Positions 59,691 to 64,000 of a DNA stretch of 64,000 nucleotides are shown piece by piece. Where the stretch lies: the IMG/VR virus record IMGVR_UViG_3300022555_000003, positions 64,001 to 128,000 of that record; one strand, given 5' to 3'. Made by a program: the position numbers and the translations under genes. Origin of the DNA: a virus (lineage: Duplodnaviria > Caudoviricetes). Numbering within the stretch: the stretch's first letter is position 1; the number at the start of each line of letters is the position of its first letter. The notes under the pieces are model-generated. The model was not told where the DNA came from. It was given only the letters and a program-made list of their open reading frames with translations, and searched no databases.

Positions 59691-59705
59691 ATAAATACTT
59701 ATATG
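59691..59705 (+). promoter_or_regulatory. T4-like late promoter motif ATAAATA (representative copy)
   Basis: Same motif at 2757, 5885, 10872, 11163, 11688, 14953, 15237, 17067, 18301, 22726, 31584, 41785 and 58697, mostly just before structural-type genes; resembles the T4 gp55 promoter TATAAATA. Confidence 0.7.
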
Positions 59706-61181
59706 ATATTACGAGAACTCTATGAGCAATTATCTGAAGGAATCAACGACCCTCATAATTTTAAAGCACTTATTACAATAGGGGCCCCTGGTTCAGGAAA
59801 ATCTAGTGTTGTTAAAATATTAACAGCTGGTAGTGGTTTAACTAAGGTTGATCCAGATCAATTTTATGAAATGTTTAAATCACGACACGGATATAAAGAA
59901 TTTGAAACCCCTCCTGACATTGAAAAAGATCCAGACTGGGAAAAAGCCAAGTTATCACAGCGCTCCAGACGAGCAAATCTATTAGAAGCCCATCGTGGTA
60001 TAATTCTAGATACAACTGGAAGATATGTAGAAGCTGTAATTAGAGATATATCTAGATTACGTAGCGAAGGGTATGATGTCGCTATGTTATATGTTGATGT
60101 GTCAACAAAAACTGCTATAGATAGACAACAATTAAGAAGCCGAAAAGTAAATCCTGACATTGTTGAACAATTTCACAATGAAGTAAAAGCTAATATATCA
60201 GAATATAAATCAATATTAGGTGATAATTTTGTAATATATAATAATGATTTAGGTAATATTGATACTAGCGACCCAAATAGATTTAAATCTAATATACCAA
60301 ATACAACTCCTAGAAAATGGATTACTAAATGGCTTAACACACCAGTTAATAATGAAAAAGCGAATAAATGGAGAGCAACACAGAAACCAGCTGCTGGAAG
60401 ACGTGATAATCCATTACATGAAACCATTACTGTGCCGTCTGATCCATCTAGTGATGCAAATATACAAGAACTAGCAGATATAATCAAAAAAAAATGTAGT
60501 AAATATCTAGAGTCTGTTCAACCAGGTCAATTTCTATGGCATGGAACTAGTAGTAAAACAAAAGATATGGTGTATGCATCGAAAAGTCGTGCTGTTAGAA
60601 TACCAGTTGACAGTGATAAATTTATAACATCTTTGTTTGATAAAGCATTAAATGAACATGGGTTTATTGCTACCAGAAGTAATAGTATATTTGTAATTGG
60701 CGACAAAAACGCCGCTGAAGAGTATGGAACATTATATGCTATTTTTCCAATAAACGGTTTTAATTTTACCTGGTCTATGTCACACAATGATGTAATATTA
60801 AGTAAAAATACTGGATTAAGATATAAATTATTTAATCCCGAAAAATTACAACAAATCTTGAAGAATAAACTCGCTCACTGTTCTTCAATTGATATAGCAA
60901 ATAAAGATAACATCAATCAGTTTTTAAAAGGTAATATTAAAAAATTGTACGGAATAACCTTCACTCCTAAAGAAATTCAAACAATGTTTGATAGTGATGT
61001 AGCAATGAAGAATTTCAATTTTTCAAAAGAAAACTTATCAAAAGCAATTAATAGCGAAAATGAAATATATTTAAGTGGAAAATATATTGCTATACGTGGT
61101 GGACTAGTTTTATCTAGGGTATGCTCTATATTATTCCCAATGGTAAAACCTCCACATATAAAGAAAAGGCGTCATTCATGA
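59703..61181 (+). CDS. Zeta-toxin-like P-loop kinase fused to ADP-ribosyltransferase-like domain
   Basis: GAPGSGKS, IILDTTG, LYVDVS..TA..R in N-half; LWHG..RSNSIFV..YG..YAIFP..FTWS..ENEIY in C-half. Confidence 0.65.
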   Translation: MILRELYEQLSEGINDPHNFKALITIGAPGSGKSSVVKILTAGSGLTKVDPDQFYEMFKSRHGYKEFETPPDIEKDPDWEKAKLSQRSRRANLLEAHRGIILDTTGRYVEAVIRDISRLRSEGYDVAMLYVDVSTKTAIDRQQLRSRKVNPDIVEQFHNEVKANISEYKSILGDNFVIYNNDLGNIDTSDPNRFKSNIPNTTPRKWITKWLNTPVNNEKANKWRATQKPAAGRRDNPLHETITVPSDPSSDANIQELADIIKKKCSKYLESVQPGQFLWHGTSSKTKDMVYASKSRAVRIPVDSDKFITSLFDKALNEHGFIATRSNSIFVIGDKNAAEEYGTLYAIFPINGFNFTWSMSHNDVILSKNTGLRYKLFNPEKLQQILKNKLAHCSSIDIANKDNINQFLKGNIKKLYGITFTPKEIQTMFDSDVAMKNFNFSKENLSKAINSENEIYLSGKYIAIRGGLVLSRVCSILFPMVKPPHIKKRRHS

Positions 61182-62092
61182 GAATTTTTGAAGTATCAGA
61201 AAAAACTCAATTAATAGATTCTGATGTTTTTAGAAAAGCTCTAAATTTATTAAAAGAACATAATATTGGGTCTAGGGCATTCAATTTTGCTATATCTCCA
61301 TTGGTCGACGAATTAATATTTGATTGTCATCAATTTTATAATACATTAATAACGCAGAGTAGCAAGTTCTTAAACGAAATGAAAAATTCTGGAACTTTAC
61401 CATTTAGAGGAAGTGAAAGTGCTTCTGTCGAAAACGGTATTGGTATTTTTCAATCAGCATCCATTGAGAATCGTCGTCCAATGTCAAGTGTATCTACTTT
61501 ACAAACTCAACTAAGTGCAGCAATGTCGTCAGCTGGGATTAAAGCTACAAGAAGTAATAGTATATTCACAACAGGAAGATATGAACACGCTAATTCATAT
61601 GGTATAGTTAGTGTTATATTTCCAAAAAATACAGCCAATTTTAGTTGGTCTGATTCAGAAGATTACAAAGATATTATATTAAATTTACGTGATGAGGGTG
61701 TAACTAATACATTTAAAGATTCTGAAATATATAAGAAAGCACTATCATTAGTAAAAACTTATCCAGAAAAATACGATTTAAATAGATTACTTAGTAAAAA
61801 ATGTGGAGAAGCTTCTATTTCATATTATGATTTTAAATTCAAGCATAAAGACATTGCTAGTATGTCTGGTTTTTATAAGCATCAATTTGAAGAATTTATA
61901 CATCTAGATACTATTAGACTTCTTAAAGAAATGAATATTAAGACTTCAAACTTTTCAGCAGCATTAGATGCAGCTGGAGAAATTTTAATTAATGGAGAAT
62001 ATATCAGTATACGAACAGATTCATATATTATATTAAATTATATTTTTCCTGATCTACCTCGACTTCCGTCTCCACCATTTGATCAATATTAA
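61178..62092 (+). CDS. ADP-ribosyltransferase-like paralog
   Basis: PFRG...ATRSNSIFTT..YG..VIFP..FSWS...GEILINGEYISI. Confidence 0.55.
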   Translation: MRIFEVSEKTQLIDSDVFRKALNLLKEHNIGSRAFNFAISPLVDELIFDCHQFYNTLITQSSKFLNEMKNSGTLPFRGSESASVENGIGIFQSASIENRRPMSSVSTLQTQLSAAMSSAGIKATRSNSIFTTGRYEHANSYGIVSVIFPKNTANFSWSDSEDYKDIILNLRDEGVTNTFKDSEIYKKALSLVKTYPEKYDLNRLLSKKCGEASISYYDFKFKHKDIASMSGFYKHQFEEFIHLDTIRLLKEMNIKTSNFSAALDAAGEILINGEYISIRTDSYIILNYIFPDLPRLPSPPFDQY

Positions 62093-62100
62093 GGATAATT

Positions 62101-62991
62101 ATGATACTAAACGAATTACTAGCGCCTGGTGAAAAGAAACCATTAACATTCAGAAGTGATAGGCGTGCGCTTGACAAGTCTAGTAGTGATAAAATAATGC
62201 AAATTTACGATCCGATAATTCAACACATTTTTACTGATTGTAGCAGATTCTTAGAAGAGATAAAAGGTACAAAATGTTTATGCTATCATGGTTCCAATGA
62301 TGTTAGGAAAAATAATTCTCCAATTTTTATGGGAAAATCAATGAATGATCGACGGGCTAGAAATTCATCTACATTATCAACAATGATATTTAATAATGCA
62401 CTATCTAAGATTGGTATTAAAGCAAACAGAAGTAACAGTTTATTTGTGGTGTCTGACTATACCGCAGCAAAAGGATATGGAAATAAAGTTTATGTAATAT
62501 TTCCAAAAAATACTTCTGATTATTGTTGGACTAAGTATCTAGACTTGATTTTACCTGGTGTTTCATATCTGCCAGTTGATAATAAAATAGATTATTCAGA
62601 TGAATACAAACTACTTATTAAAATGGCATCTGCACTGCCTGAAAGTATTGAAAAAGAAAATCTATTAGAAAAAATTAAAGAGTTACCAGAAAAAAATCTA
62701 GAAGAAATATTAGAAACTTTAAAGTATGATATCAAATGGGAAGAGACTGGGGCAGACCTATTAGAAAAATCGGGCATGGATGAATTATTAAATGAAGAGA
62801 ACCCAAAATTAATAAAGTATTTTCCAATGGATACTGCTTCTTTTGTTGAGAAGTATCAACCAAAAAATACAGATTTACAAACAGCATTAATAAGAGCTGT
62901 AGAAATATATATACATGGTGAATACATAGCAATTGAAGTATCTATGTACGAGAATTTACGAAAATATTATCCGGAGTTACCAACAGAATGA
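62101..62991 (+). CDS. ADP-ribosyltransferase-like paralog
   Basis: CYHG...ANRSNSLFVV..YG..VYVIFP..YCWT...VEIYIHGEYIAI. Confidence 0.55.
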   Translation: MILNELLAPGEKKPLTFRSDRRALDKSSSDKIMQIYDPIIQHIFTDCSRFLEEIKGTKCLCYHGSNDVRKNNSPIFMGKSMNDRRARNSSTLSTMIFNNALSKIGIKANRSNSLFVVSDYTAAKGYGNKVYVIFPKNTSDYCWTKYLDLILPGVSYLPVDNKIDYSDEYKLLIKMASALPESIEKENLLEKIKELPEKNLEEILETLKYDIKWEETGADLLEKSGMDELLNEENPKLIKYFPMDTASFVEKYQPKNTDLQTALIRAVEIYIHGEYIAIEVSMYENLRKYYPELPTE

Positions 62992-63845
62992 GACTACTAG
63001 AATTTTCAAATACAACAATCATACCGAAATCAAGTCAATATTCTGATTTAAAAAATATTACTGTTGAGATATTAACTCCACTTGTTAATCAGATCAATGA
63101 TAACTGTGGTGATTGTCTAGAAGCGATGCATGTGTCACAATGTACAGCATGGCGAGGCTTTAGGAATCAATTTGACTTAGCTTTTTCTGCAGAGTCAGTT
63201 GAAAATAGAAGAGTTAAAGATAGTGATCCAATTCTAACTGCTAAAGTTGATAGTATATTACAAAAAAATGGAATAGAAGCTCGTAGGAGTAACAGCATAT
63301 TTGTTACAAGTAAACAAGGATTAGCATCTGTTTATGGAAGAGTCTATGCTATATTCCCATATGATTATGCAGAATTTAGTTGGTCATCCAATGAAAAGTT
63401 TGACGATGTAGTACTTAATCCACGTGATTCCGGTATGTCAAGATGGTTAATAAATCAGTTAAAAAATTATGAAGTATTTAGAAATATATTTAATAATGTA
63501 CATAATAATCCTGATAATGAATATAGTAAAAAAGACAGAACATATATATTAAATATACTAAAACAAATAAGTGAAGAAGATTACGCCACAGCAGAAGTTA
63601 GTTTGCGGTCATTATCGTTAGCATTTAGCGATTTAGCTGATGAACTTGGTTATGATGATGATACTTTTATTCAATATTTTTCAATAGATGAAAAAGCAAT
63701 GATGAATGATTTACGAATTAAAACTACTGACTTTGCAAGTGCTCTATCTAATGAAGGTGAAATTTTAATAAATGGGGAATATATTGCAGTAAGTGAAAAA
63801 TTATACTTACGAATACAAGAACTTTTTCCAGGGATTTTTAGATAA
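62988..63845 (+). CDS. ADP-ribosyltransferase-like paralog
   Basis: AWRG...ARRSNSIFVT..YG.VYAIFP..FSWS...EGEILINGEYIAV. Confidence 0.55.
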   Translation: MRLLEFSNTTIIPKSSQYSDLKNITVEILTPLVNQINDNCGDCLEAMHVSQCTAWRGFRNQFDLAFSAESVENRRVKDSDPILTAKVDSILQKNGIEARRSNSIFVTSKQGLASVYGRVYAIFPYDYAEFSWSSNEKFDDVVLNPRDSGMSRWLINQLKNYEVFRNIFNNVHNNPDNEYSKKDRTYILNILKQISEEDYATAEVSLRSLSLAFSDLADELGYDDDTFIQYFSIDEKAMMNDLRIKTTDFASALSNEGEILINGEYIAVSEKLYLRIQELFPGIFR

Positions 63846-64000
63846 TGAAACTACTAGAATTTTCTATGTATGTTATTAATAATGACATAGAATCTATATC
63901 AAAATTTGACACCATTGTAAGAGGTATGATTGATGTTAATTTTACTGATAAAGAAATATGGCATGAACAACATACCAGTCATTGGAAATCATTGAAAGAC
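63845..64000 (+). CDS. 3'-truncated ORF with the same MKLLEFS N-terminus
   Basis: TAATG-coupled; open to window end. Confidence 0.55.
   Translation, partial: MKLLEFSMYVINNDIESISKFDTIVRGMIDVNFTDKEIWHEQHTSHWKSLKD

Overview
This AT-rich window looks like part of a large T4-related tailed-phage (jumbo myovirus-like) genome. It uses the standard genetic code and almost all genes are on the + strand. Left part (0-26 kb): glycosyltransferases and an FkbM-like methyltransferase, collagen-like Gly-X-Thr tail fibres, other virion proteins, a gp41/DnaB-like helicase, a SAM-decarboxylase-like protein, a RecB-like exonuclease, two free-standing homing endonucleases, a class II ribonucleotide reductase and a PAAR protein. 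Middle (26-44 kb): a divergent early-promoter hub, WGR proteins, ATP-dependent DNA ligase, a 1857-aa BACON-like adhesin and a clpX-rpsU-hsp20-clpS cluster. Right part (44-64 kb): an accessory region built largely from paralog arrays. The main unexplained signals are: (i) 12 capped pentapeptide-repeat genes whose conserved C-terminus also encodes the start of the next copy; (ii) 11 tiny proteins ending in L-x-W(G); (iii) four tandem ADP-ribosyltransferase-like genes with a T4 internal-protein-like N-terminus; (iv) a non-canonical tRNA with glycine-type identity elements; (v) a 162-nt structured RNA candidate with a tRNA T-arm upstream of an RNA ligase; (vi) a 157-bp twice-repeated hairpin-promoter cassette; and (vii) promoter-to-ATG spacings implying leaderless mRNAs in a phage that encodes bS21. 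All family calls are by-eye motif recognition and all folds are hand-made; no database search or folding program was run. Several one-base lesions could be assembly errors.
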